The notes under the pieces: model-generated
The model's database searches: none
Told to the model about the DNA's origin: nothing
The model's input: the letters and a program-made list of their open reading frames with translations, nothing else
Origin: Seison nebaliae
Lineage: Eukaryota
NCBI GenBank assembly: GCA_023231475.1
Contig: JALJEE010003232.1
Span: 1-64,000 of the forward strand
DNA: 64,000 bases
Reading direction: 5' to 3'
Position numbers and translations under genes: made by a program
Part shown: piece after piece, positions 17,968-30,784 of the stretch
Position numbering within the stretch: position 1 is the first letter of the stretch
How the letters are laid out: each line of letters begins with the position of its first letter

Positions 17968-18272
17968 TAAAAATCATTAAAATAAAACCATTTTTCTATT
18001 CCCGAAAATGTCAGGAAGAATTTGCATAGCAACATTTACTAATTAATTAAGTTTAGTGATTAATTAATAGAATGAAGTTTAGTCATTTGAATTAATAATT
18101 TTTTTATTTTTTATGTCAGATTATTCTATTCAAAATTTATTGAATTTTCTAAACTTTTAAGCAAAAATAAGAGGAAAAACTGAAAAGATTATATAGAAAT
18201 ATTTTAACAAATTAATTTTAGATACTAAAGAAGAAGGTGAAAAATTAAATGACATGACACATATAAATTCGT

Positions 18273-20724
18273 CTATTCATCACACATGGGAGGATTGACG
18301 TAACCGAAAACATTTGACTCGATTAATACAGAAAATAAAATGTATGTGGCATAAATTACAAGAAAAATGATTCCAATTCGACGATCCAAATACCATTTAG
18401 CCCAACGTATAATTCCAATCTGTTTAAATAAAAAATTTCAAATATTTAAATGAATCAGAAATTCAAAACCGTTACAGCGATACATCCGAATAAAAGAATT
18501 ATGTTGAAAAATAAACCATTGCTATTTATTCGAACTGGCTTTCCTGTACATGCTTGAATGAACCAAGGTAGTGCTAAGCCTAGAAGTATATCAAATAAAT
18601 TCGATCCGAATGTATTCGAAACGCCCATGTCAACGAATCCATGTTTAACGACAATAATCGAAGCCAGTGCATCGGGAACGGAAGTACCGGCCGCCAGAAA
18701 TGTAATACCCATAATCGAATCAGATATATGGAAAGTGTGGCCGAGAATTGTAACCTATTCATGTTAAATTTATTCAAAATATTTCAAATTATTTTTATAA
18801 AAAATTTTAACCATCCAGACAAGAATATAGGAGAAAACGGCAATATAGAATAAAGTAACGGTGAAGGTAAGAGGATACCAATTTTCATATCTAAGATCAA
18901 AAAAAAAGTATTTGAGACGTTTTTGTGAAAGTTTAAACTTTTCTTTTCGACAATCTGGTATGGTATAGTGGAAAATGATGTGTATGGGGAATGTTAGTAA
19001 CCACCAGATAAACTGTAAACGATATCCCGGTTCGAATGGCGGACGATGTCTCCATTTTACCAAATCTTCACTTGCTTCCAACACACTTAAGAGAAATGAG
19101 GGCGAATATTGGTAATTAGGAGAAAAACCTGCATTTATGTTGTAAACGTAAACGACGATTCATTGTGTCGAAGTTGATACCGTGAGAATTTTGATAAGTA
19201 TTTTTCTGATATTCAACTTGATAATTTTTCATTTTCCAATATTTTAACTAAAAAACAATTTGAGTAGAATTGAATAATTTGATGGAACTTCAGCAACAAT
19301 CAGCTTTCCAGCCATTTTAAATCTAGTTTTCTGTCTAAAATATCGTGTGATCATCATTCGGAGACCCATATCAGAAAAATCTTTATGATGAGGTTGAGTA
19401 TAATAAAGTTGGTCGACTGACATCAGATCGACCGGTTTCTCCAAATTTGGATATAATTCTTCATCCGTAAATTGTTCTGATATTATATTAAATTAGATAA
19501 TTTTGAAAATATGAAGGTACGATAGTGAACCGTATTTTCCCGCACCGACGTTTTTCGAATGTGCGTTATTGATGAGTGAATGTTCGCCGGCAACAAAATC
19601 ATCATCTTCTTCTTCTAACACGGCGTTGAATACTTCTTGATATTTGATTTTAATAAATGCATAAATCTTCTCGTTGTTCATCATCATCGTCACATACAGG
19701 ATGTAGAGGATCAACAGAATGAGACTTTCATACCAAGTTACTCGACTGTCATAGACAACCTGTTCAAACGGATCATATGTGAATAGTGTAAAAAGAAAGA
19801 GAAATGAACCAAAATTAATGCAATTACGCTAATAGAATAATAGATAGAATCTCTGGTTAATGGCCACCAAGAAAGTTTTGCTGCGGTTGTAGAAATTACG
19901 CCACAAACTCCAATAACGAATACGATATTAAAGACAGCAGATCCGACGATGGTTCCTAAACCCACGTCACCTTTCGTTATAAATACTCCAATGATTGATG
20001 TGAATAGTTCGGGTGCTGAACTACCGGCGGCCATAAATGTCGCCCCAGCCACATCCTCACTTAAGCCTAATTTCTATAGAATATTTTATTGTTGGTTCTT
20101 TTTTTAAAGAGACGCCAACTGTACAACATTTTCCCATTGCCGAAACGAAATATTCATCGCAAATTATCGCCAAGACGAGAAAAAGATAACAGATAACAAT
20201 AACGTGAACAATGAAGAGTCCCTTTGAACGAGCTGTTTCTCCGAAAAGATCAGGTGGGAAGGAGTTGATTGCTAAAAAAAATAAATATTTTGAAAAAAAT
20301 GGTCACAAGACTAGAAAAACGATGAAAACAAACCAGGAATTATACATCTTTCATGATAATATAAATCTCCGAATGTCTCGTTGAAATAATCAATAGACGT
20401 TGTGGTGAGATTAGAAGTCGAAGTAGATGTGGAAATAAAAGTAGTAGTAGTTGTTGATGTTGTAGTTGATGTTGTTGTGGTGGATCTGCTTATTCGATAC
20501 CGATTATTCCAATAAGCATAATTCCGACTATTTTGTGGATATCGATTATAATAACTTAATTAAATTTTAAAAATTAAAAATTTCGAAAAAGAAGGAGGAA
20601 ACTTGGAATATACGCGACGATTGTCGTAAGGTTGGGGCGCTAAAGACCTCGTATTATCAACTCGAGAACGTTTATTAAAATTGAAATAATAAATAACAAA
20701 TAAAATGATTCGATACCATCTCAT
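18273..20724 (-). CDS. K+-dependent Na+/Ca2+ exchanger (NCKX, SLC24 family)
   Basis: Alpha-1 repeat [17 protein letters not shown]...[10 protein letters not shown]; alpha-2 repeat [15 protein letters not shown]...[11 protein letters not shown], retaining the Asp linked to K+ dependence. Confidence 0.93.
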
Positions 20725-23700
20725 GGTGATGGATTGGGATATGTCGATAATGATTATCGATAAATAATATCGAACATTATGTATAATATATATATCGAAC
20801 AATTCCTTTGAGAGTTAATCTAACAGTGAATGAATGATGCACGAAAAATGCACGAATTCATAAGAATGGTTGGAAATCATAAAAGAATTTCATAGAAATT
20901 TACAAATAGAAGACGAATTTTAATATTTCTCTCATTTGCAACTTCGAGGGAAATTGTGAACGATATGGAGATTATTCCATTCGATTGATACATTTCAATA
21001 AAATGGAGAATCTAACGAGTGAGATGGTCAATAAAAGAAATATTATTGTTCAAATAGGAGGAGAAAGAAGCATTTCGACATTCCCATATTCTCCATTGGC
21101 AATAATTCAACGAAAGAATTTATTGATGCACAAAATTCTCTCCACATTTCTCTCATTTTTTTGCTACATAATTTATTTGTTACTCCATAATACTTGAACG
21201 AATATCAATACAAATGTTATCAATTGGACGGAAACTGAGCGAAAAGTTAGTTTTCTTTGTTCTATGACTTATCTGTTCTCTCTTTCGTCACATCCTCCCA
21301 ATACATACTTATTTGGAATGCATTAATAATGCTAATCTGGAGACAATTTCATTCAACATCTTCAATGCTTAATTGCAATCGTCTTCTCTGCGATAAATAT
21401 TCAATTATTTTTCTTCTGCATTCCTTCTCAATTCCATGACGAATGGAATATGAAGTCGACTTCTGTCTCATGGTCGACTCGACGAACGTTACGGTGTTGT
21501 CAAACCAACTCCGATATTTATGTGTAGAAGGATGTGGACGATTGAAGCACAAAACTTTAATACACAGATGTAATAGCGTCCATATGTAAATAGTTGGAAT
21601 TTCGAAGGAATTTAATAAGAATATTTATGGAACATATTATTCAACAATAATAACAACAACTACAGTTTGATCTAATCATTATTATTCATGTATTTATGAT
21701 GGATGTAAATATAATTAAATTAGTCATTCAATGTTGTGATGAGACGTGTAATTGTGTCGATTGGACCAACTAAAGTTTTTTCCGGAAACGACTAAATTAT
21801 ATCGTTCTCATCGAAGTTGATTGGGATTTGTAATCTGTTTTCTCGAACGATAACGTCGTTGGCAGGTTAGTGAATTAAATGTTCGTTTGAAGAGAAAGAA
21901 GAACGGTATAAAAATGAATTAGGTATTAGGGAGGAATATGCGTGAAAGAATGGGGTAGAATGAAAGAATTCTACTTTCCTTTTCAAAATGTCAACCTATC
22001 TACTTTTCTGCATAATCGTTAGTTAGCGGAAATTTTCCACATAGAAATTTGTATTGTATGTTAGGGTGCGAGAAAAATATATTCTTCTCATTTTATCCTC
22101 GGTACATTCATAAACATCGAGAGACGTGAAAGCCAATAACGATCAGGCGAAAATGTTTCTCCACTTTTTCCAACGACGAAAAGTGAAGCAAATGAACCAA
22201 ATGCTACCAATTCACATGAGTGACTCGTTCAATACTATGCCGTCATTGAGCATCCAGATGCGTATTTGCCTAATAATTATTTTAATTATATATTTCTCTC
22301 ATTCTCAACATATATCTCATTCACTCATTCGCCATTCGTCGGATTGGACAAATGGAAATAAAATTAATACGATAATGATACGAATAAACGTAAATATAAT
22401 TATTCTTCTTCTTTAACAACTTTTAAGTAATCTTAATGATCTTCTCCTTCTCGATTTGGTGAGAGAAGCAAAGAAAAAAAAAGCCGGATAAACTCCTCTT
22501 CCATTTATCGGGAGATTCTCTCCATTTCCTTTCCTCAATCGAAAATGACATCGAAATCGAATTGTCTCACAAGAAATTTCGTTTCGTTAACTAATTATTG
22601 AGCGAGAAAAGACTCAGCAGTTGGAAGAAATCTCAAAATCAACGACTCTATTCTTGCTCGATGGAGGAATGGTTGTTGAAGATGGTTTTAGGGAAAGAAA
22701 ATATGAAAAGAAAACGATGAGAAAGTCATTTAACCATTCGTCATCGTACATAAAATAACACTCTGATAATGCACAATATTAGCAGGGCATTGTTATCATT
22801 ATGATTGCTTTTTATTACTTCCATAATCATTCTTCTTTCTCCTTATCGTTTATTGCTGGGTTGATACATGAAATTATTAGAAATAATGTTCAATTTGAAG
22901 TGCTTGCCATTGTCATCATTTGAAAGTTTTGTTGTTTAGGAAGAAGGGAATGCACCGTTCATTGTGATATTCGATGCCTCTTGTCAGAAAAGGAGAGAAA
23001 TAGAAAAGAAGAAGAAGGAGAGTAATGAAAAATGTTATTCCGTCTCCTTCCACAAACACACATACACAACTGAACGACTACTACATATTTTCGATGGAAA
23101 TTAATTCGTATAATTGAATGCGTTCATTATCGATCGTGATATGCATATGTTGTATCGATGTCACTAAAAATAAATTGTACGACTAATTACTCTTTTATTC
23201 AATCCAAACTCAAACAAAATTCGTTACGACAATTAGGCAGAAGAAAAAAGTATTTCCGTGGTAATAATTGAAAGAAGACAAACTATCTTCCAATTAGATT
23301 AATTATTAGATTTTTGCCATTCGCCCTCACAACATAATTCCAATTCGATTAATTGATTTGTTAATGAAATGAAAGACAAATATTTGGCAAATTTTTAATA
23401 TTATAAACAAATTCCATTTATCACATCATATCCCGTCAACAATATCACCATTGATAAATTGCTATCGAAAATAAATCGGAAGAATGATGTATTACAATGA
23501 ATCAAATAACTGTTCTGTCACATTTCTGATAATTAGTTTCCCCCTCCAAACACAAAAAAAACCCGAACATAAGATGAATGAAGCAAATATATTTTCATTT
23601 TCATCAATTTTCATATTTGAGCCGTTTGATAATTCTGTTATTAATTCGTAAGTTTTCGTTCAATTATCATTTCCTCCAAACTAGTCAATCGATTGTGTCG

Positions 23701-24490
23701 GATAAAAATGCTGATAGATAATCATCATCAGATAATTTAAGTAGTTGTAGGTCGGTCTATTTTTTTCATAACTTATATCGAATAATTCGTTGAATAATGT
23801 GAAAATAATGAATCAGATAAATATTTTTAATTTTTATTTAAATTCATTTTAAATACAATTTCATCACAAAATAGATTAATTCGAAAATTTAAGTTCAATC
23901 GAAAGTTTATTTGTTTTTAACATTTCCGAATAACAATTTAGTAACTTTATAAGTAACTAGAAAATTTTCGAATAGAAAATTTTAATTCTTTGGTAATTTT
24001 TTTACTTTTTCGAACTAAATTGTATGAAAGTTGAGGGAAATGGTCAACGTGTGAAATTATAATGATTATTTGATTGACTAAATTGTATTGAATTTCCTAA
24101 AAGATTTATGGAAATTTAATGGAACTGAAAGGAATATACTTGATACAATTTATTTGAAGGTCATGTTAGAGAATTTCTTGAAGAAGATTAATGAGAAAAA
24201 CAATTTGACAAATTAATTTATGAAGATGAATGAAAAATCTTAAAATATTGCATGCGAATGAATTAATTGCGCAATAGGAGAAATTGAAATGATGACGAAT
24301 TAATATTAGTTACGATTATGTCGTGCTGAACTCTTAATAGTGTAAGAATCATACCAAAAATAGTGACTACTGTTTACATAACGATATATAGGAAGTAAAC
24401 AAACATGGTAGCCATGGACTATGAATGGAATAAGATTCTTCATTCGATATAAAGTCTTTTGAATAAACAGCCGATACCATCTTGACAATT

Positions 24491-26690
24491 ATGTTTCCAA
24501 TAATATCAGCGAACGATATTCATAAGCTGAGCGTAAATAAGGTAATTGGGTTAGATAGTGACCGGATTCTGACCGTTTCTGGCGACAAAAGTGCCAAAAT
24601 ATGGAATTTGAAAAAATTCAGCGAAGAATATCAATTAACGAATACTGTCGAACTGAACGAACACAAATATGCAGTTTTCGGTTGCGCTGTCTCCCAAAAC
24701 TATATAGCGACTTGTAGTACCGATGGATATTGTATAATTTACGACCGTCGTAATTGTTATATTTGATTTATCACACACCAATCACTCCCATCAAAATAGA
24801 TACACAAATTAAAAAATTTAAACATTGTGACGAAAACTCTTTAAGAGTCTGTCTCTTTAGTGATGATCAATCATTGTTAGTTACTGGTGACGATAAGGAC
24901 GGAAACATTTATATCTGGAATATTTCCAACATGAAAGAAGTGGAAGTTATGACGTTAATAATTTTTCTCATATTTTTTCTTATTCTAAAAAAAGATCGAA
25001 ATTATAATTAATTATTTAATAAAAGTATACATTCGAACTAAATAAAATTAGGGACGTACGTAGCGCAGTGGTCTATGCACGTTCCCAACGTCACAATGAT
25101 TGAGGCATACGTCTCAAGATAGGTAGGGATCTCCTAACACTGACTGTAAGGGAGGAGATCGATCAAACAATATTCAATTGCCCAGATTGGGATTTTCAAA
25201 AAAAAAAATTAGTTATAATTTAATTATAAAACTAGTAATTTATTATTATTTTTTTTTAATGAAATTCCCGACGGGATTAATTGAAGTATTGTTGATCGAT
25301 CTCTTCTTTTACGGTCAGTGGTAGGAGATCTCTACGTTGAGTGAAACGTGCGTCCCATCGCTAATTATTGTGTTATTATTATTATTACGATTCATTTTAT
25401 TTCTTTCATTACAATTTTAATTTAATTTAACTTAATTTTTTATGATAAGCTAATATGAAAATTTAATAATGAAATTAATAATTTATGTGATAATTTATTA
25501 ACTAAATTAGACGAGTATAAGTTAATTGATTATTTATAATTGAATAATTTTTAGAGTTATCAACAATACGATTTGTAATGAAGGATATCTCACATCAATC
25601 GCTTTACATAGTTCGAATGAATTAATTATTTCCGTTTTCACAAATGGCCGATTTCACTTACACGAGACTTATTATAATAGAAAATTCGCAACGAAAAAAA
25701 CCATCCCTAGCCAATATTCAGCCATCGTCAATAGTCAATTGTCGATAATCGATCGACCAATCACAAAAGTAAATGACATCCATGAGTTAGGATGTACGCA
25801 TGTTAAATTTGTGCCATTGAAAACAGGTTCGATTCGGTCTTAATATTTCGATGAATAAATTTCGAAAAGATTCCATTACCAAAACTATTGTTACTTCCGG
25901 TTTCGATAATAAACTATATCGATGGATTATAAAAAAGAATGGTAAAACAGGTTTAAATTTAATAATTTATTTTATTCAGATTTCAATTAATTATAATTAT
26001 CTACCATCGATTAGGTGTGACGAGTTTGACAAAAATGGGACAATTTGTTGGTCACGAATCATCAGTGATGGAATTCGATTTATTCAATCCGAATGAAGAC
26101 AAGAAAGCATTAAGTGATTATATATTGATCAGTTGTTCGATGGATAAATCATTGATCTTATGGAATTTGGTTAAATTTCAAATACCTAATATAATAGGCC
26201 TTTATTTTCGGGTTTCTAGGTGAATTGTCAAATGTTAAGAAAATTAAATGAACTCCATCCAAGAATGATAAATTCTGTCTGTTTCTTACCACGATCCATT
26301 AACGGACCAATTTTTGGGGTTTCCGTTTGTGCCGAGGCTCAAATGCACATCGTTCAAATAGTTTTGGAAGATCTGAAAGAGCAAAAACAATTCAGCGAAA
26401 CGACATGTGTTGATTGTTCAGTTGCACCGATGGTGAAGTTAGCGCCCGTACCACCCAGATATTGGTCGAAAATGCCATCTGATATGGTTTGTCCTATTAC
26501 GATGGAGCCATTTCAGGATCCAGTTGTTGCCAGTGATGGTTTTACTTATGAACGTAATGGAATAATGACATGGTTCAAACAAGGCAATACCATCAGTCCA
26601 TTGACAGGTGAACCTTTATCATCCACCCAACTGGTATTCAATACTACACTAAGAAAACTAATTGAAGACAAAGTAAAAGAACTACAATAA
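24491..26690 (+). CDS. WDSUB1: WD40 + U-box protein, WDSUB1-like, with no recognisable SAM domain
   Basis: WD repeats (TVSGDKSAKIWN, ATCSTDG, SCSMDKSLILWN); U-box CPITMEPFQDPVVASDGFTYER...SPLTGEPL; large intron about 24954-25554. Confidence 0.85.
25051..25208 (+). mobile_element. SINE-like element, copy 1 (tRNA-like head, internal hairpin, 3' hairpin, poly-A)
   Basis: Pol III A-box TAGCGCAGTGG at 25061-25071; stem GATCTCCT/AGGAGATC; CCCAGATTGGG followed by A11; candidate TSD AAAATTAG at 25044-25051 and 25205-25212. No clear B-box. Confidence 0.6.
25240..25356 (-). mobile_element. SINE-like element, copy 2 (internally deleted, inverted relative to copy 1)
   Basis: The reverse complement GGGACGCACGTT...GATCTCCTACCACTGACCGTAAAAGAAGAGATCGATCAACAATACTTCAATTAATCCCGTCGGGAATTTC plus an A-rich tail aligns with copy 1. 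Confidence 0.65.
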
Positions 26691-26771
26691 ATTCTTTGTG
26701 CGAAAAAGTATCAACATTTTTATTCTTTAAACTTACAATTTTAGTTAACAATAAATTTTTATTAAAATTTC

Positions 26772-29700
26772 TTAAATTTGCGACGATTGAACAAACCGAA
26801 TATTTCGTCTATCTTGTCCGAAATCGATACCATTATCTGAACTGCTATCGCCGGTCAGTATGCTGAGTGGTCGAACGGCACTATCTTCGATCGACGAACT
26901 CTCACCAAACGATATATCTTTCTGTGATGGTATCGATGTATTGGATGATGGTGCTGAGGTATTAATTCTCGAGTATTCTCGCAAAGCTTTTAGTGGCGAT
27001 TTTAAATCTTCTCCTTCCACATTATGTTCAATTAATTTCGTCATGACAGATGGAAATGCTGGGGAAGGAAGTTGTTGATCTTTAGGATCAACTTTCTTAT
27101 GTTCACGAAGATAAGCCGTTTCCATTGAGGATGTAGTTGAGAGTAGTTTTGATGATGGTGTTCCATCCAGCATATTACTTTCTATCGTTACTGATTGTTG
27201 TAACATTGCCTAAGAAATAATAATAAATTTGAATATTAGAATATTAAATGGAAACTCCGACGGTATTATTGCCGATCAATAAATCATGAAAAGTGTGAAT
27301 CGATCTCATATTTGCAGGTGCATCTGTCGGTCTAGTTAAATTCACTTTCTGTAATTGTCTAACTCTCTCTTTCTTCGAATTCAATTTCCATCAATCAACA
27401 AATAAGAAATGGATAAACTTTCAATCGCAAATATTTCGAAGTCTTCTCCAAAAACGATTTAGCATTAGACAAATTTTTCTGTTCCTGTTTGAAATTTTTA
27501 CGAATCTGTAAATTAGAGTTTAATGATAATTTCAAATTTTGATCAAATGACAAATTAACATTTTCATAAAATTTCACTTCCTCTTGAAGATCTCGTTGTG
27601 CGAATTTGTTGTTTAATGCAAATTGTGTAATTCGTGTGGCTCTTGCTCTATCTTTATTTGCTTGTAGGATGTTGTGAATAGCTTCCTGATCTAACTGAGT
27701 CGGCTCAATGTCATCCCGTTTCAATTCGTTTAAAATTTCCATCCAAATCTCTCCCATCTTAAAATCCAGATAATTCTCAATGATACACAATGTGATATGG
27801 TCCGAATTCTCTAATCCAGGTAAATGAATGAAGCCGATTCTTGAGAAGATTGCATAAATTTTCGACCTCAAATTCTCCCCAATTTCCTTTATTGCGAAAC
27901 TTTCTTCATCTGATTGCAAATGATCCAATTCGTATTGGGAGAAGTCTTTGATATCTTCTTCGTCTACAGGTACATGTCTTCGTTCGAATAAGGCTCGTTG
28001 AACTGTACCAGCCAACGGATAAATTATACTATCAATCGCTCCCTCTATCGTTCGTAGACATCCCAAATTCGTTTCTTCTTTCCTCCATAACTCACAGAGG
28101 AAATGTGGACCTTTCTTCAACGTTTTCGGATGTGTCCAAGTGAGAATACTCGTCAGCGATTTCTCATTATCTGTCAAATCTAACAAGAAACTTAACAATA
28201 AATTATGGGCCGTATATGGCGTGCACTGGGACGGAAAAAATTATTTTGTTCTTCTAAAAAATTTTCACAATTTTTAACTGTCAACAGATTGAGAATTTCA
28301 TCGACTCCTTTACTCTTAATAAATATCTTCTCATTATTCGCATCTTTGATGATGGCCGCCCAACAACAATCGATAGTCGATGCAAATATCAGATTGAAAT
28401 CCACATTCAATTTCAACATACTCGGATGATTCCGAAGCACTTTCGTCAACAATTGTACACCTGATAATTCTCCAAATGTTCTCTAAATATTCGATATAGA
28501 ATTTTTGTTATGCTAAAAAAAACTTTCAATATTAACGACGCCTCACAGAGTCGTGCGATCACGAACATCGCATCGACAATCACATGAGTATTGAGACTAC
28601 TGAAATTTTTGGCGGTGAAAAACTTTTGAACGTTATTCAATTCATTTTGAAGTACACCTGAAAATTGGATGAAGATAAAAAAAAATGAAAAGTTTATAAA
28701 AAAAACCGAGTAATGTTTCCATGACGTTTAATCTGGTTAAATTTTGAATTGTTCTTTTATCTCCCGTTTTCACTACACCTCTCAATATTCGAATTGCATA
28801 TTTCAATTGGGCAAGACGTGTTCCATGGGACATCGTTCCCAAATTATTGTTGCCGATCATTTTAAATGCAACTAATCAATTTAATGGAATTAAAATATAA
28901 TTGAACAGAAGAATAACCATTTGGAGATACACACCAATTGAGGAGATATAATAATTGTGTTTCCCCATTAATTTGGATGAATTCGGATATCATATATGGA
29001 ATTACCGTTTCGATAACTGATAATGCCAATAACTGGAGCGCTTCAAATTGATCTTGATTCCAATGTAATTCTTTCCGATTGGTTAAGAGACTTTCCTTTT
29101 GATCATCTCTTATCACGTAATAGAATAGAACAGAAAGAATTTTATATTTACGGAGAATCTTCAAAATTATATTTGAGATAATAAAAATTTACAAATCTCT
29201 AACCAATCTCACCGGTTCAATTTCGATTAAACGTTGAATGACTATAAGCATTAATTTCTTAAATTCGAAATCTTCTCCACATACCATAATATTATAATTC
29301 ATGAGAAATCTTGATACATTCACCACTAAAAGGAAAAACATGAAATTTTTTTTTGAAAATTTTTCAAAGCTAAAATTATTTTGAACATTCGGGACAAACT
29401 GCACAACTCGCTATCAGTTTAATTATTCGAGGATTCTCCAACGCGATCGTTCCGTCCAATTGAAGAATGTTTGACAGAATTACCATAAGATCGTTACGCA
29501 ACGGACGATCTCGTGGATGATTCGATTGGCAAGTGAAGTAGTATAAGAGATCAAAAAATACTCTTTAAAGAATTTGATGAAATTGATATTTCTTAAAAAT
29601 TATTTTAAACTTCATACATTCCTTCGATTTCAGTTTCTCTTTTAATTGTTCACAATCCGAATTTGTAGTTATATTCCATAACGCATCAATTATCAAACTG

Positions 29701-30784
29701 TTATCAGAATGGTTCGATGTCTTTATATGATTTTGAAGAATCGTTCCAATTTTTGTAATTCCATCCAAACCCAAAATTTTATTACAATTCGTTTCTTCAA
29801 GCGAGAGAGAATGGATTGGGAGAAACTGGAAAAAATCAAACTTGAATTTTCAGATAAGACCACAATGGTCAATAAGAGAACGTGTTGCAATTCAGAACTA
29901 TCATTCCCCCAAGAAAGTGACTAAAAGGAAAGTTTGATGAATCGAATAATTATCATCAAAAATTGAACTCTTATCATCGTTTCAGCGAAATCACTTTCTT
30001 CTATTAATCCCGTCAAGTATTCTCCGCGACATTGACTCATTTCCAAGTCGGTCAATTCATTAGTGTTTCTCATTTGACTGGAGGCGGTCTCTTTACTAAA
30101 TCTATTCGTTTCCTTCTCATTCTTAAATATCTTCCCGTATAAATTGAGAATAGTTTCACAGATAACAATTTTAATATTAAAATTCTTTATTCTCATCAAA
30201 TATCCTGACGAAACGATTATTTTATTTCAATTCAAATGAACATTAACCGAAATTCGAAATTGCTGTGACGGCTGAATCCTTCCAAATGATTTCATCCGAA
30301 GTCTTCTCCTTTAGAAATGGTATGGCAAATGATTTAATGATGCAAGTGACGGCTGTCATGAAAACGGGACTGTCTTCATTCTTCTCAACAATAATCGTCA
30401 ACAACGAAACGACTTTTTGAAGTTGGTGCAAATACTAGAAATATATGTTACATCAAATCATTATTGTAGGTCGTTAACTATTCCAGATGAGAGAGCTGTT
30501 ATCAGTTTCTGCAAATACATCGTTTGCATATCCACCATAGTTTCCTTTAGGGGAAGAAATGGTGGAAATAAAAAAAAATCGAAAAAGAAAACTGTTAGAG
30601 GATCAGAGAAGAATTTTTTTATTTTCTCAATATCCACCATTTGTTTGATGGGATGTTCGGATATGATCGCTTTTTCTTCTGCGATTAACATGTTCCCATA
30701 TGAGTCACTTTTCTTACAGTTATTTAAGATGAGATCTTCACATTTTAAATATTGTTTCGATAACTGAGTTGCGAGCGGATTCAT
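26772..30784 (-). CDS. CFAP69: Cilia- and flagella-associated protein 69 (multi-exon, ARM-like)
   Basis: EDFEFKKLML, WNQDQFEALQLLAL, AQLKYAIRILR, TIDCCWAAI, LWRKEE and NLRSKIYAIFSRIGF...YLDFKMGEIW match CFAP69 blocks as I recall them. Confidence 0.85.

Noticed and set aside
25051..25130. Functional tRNA gene
   Set aside because: An A-box and D-arm-like segment are present, but no T-arm/B-box (GTTCRA) and no cloverleaf.
25128..25160. Twister- or hammerhead-like look of CTCCTAACACTGACTGTAAGGGAGGAG
   Set aside because: It lacks the twister P4 and pseudoknot loop and has no CUGANGA/GAAA core; treated as a simple hairpin.
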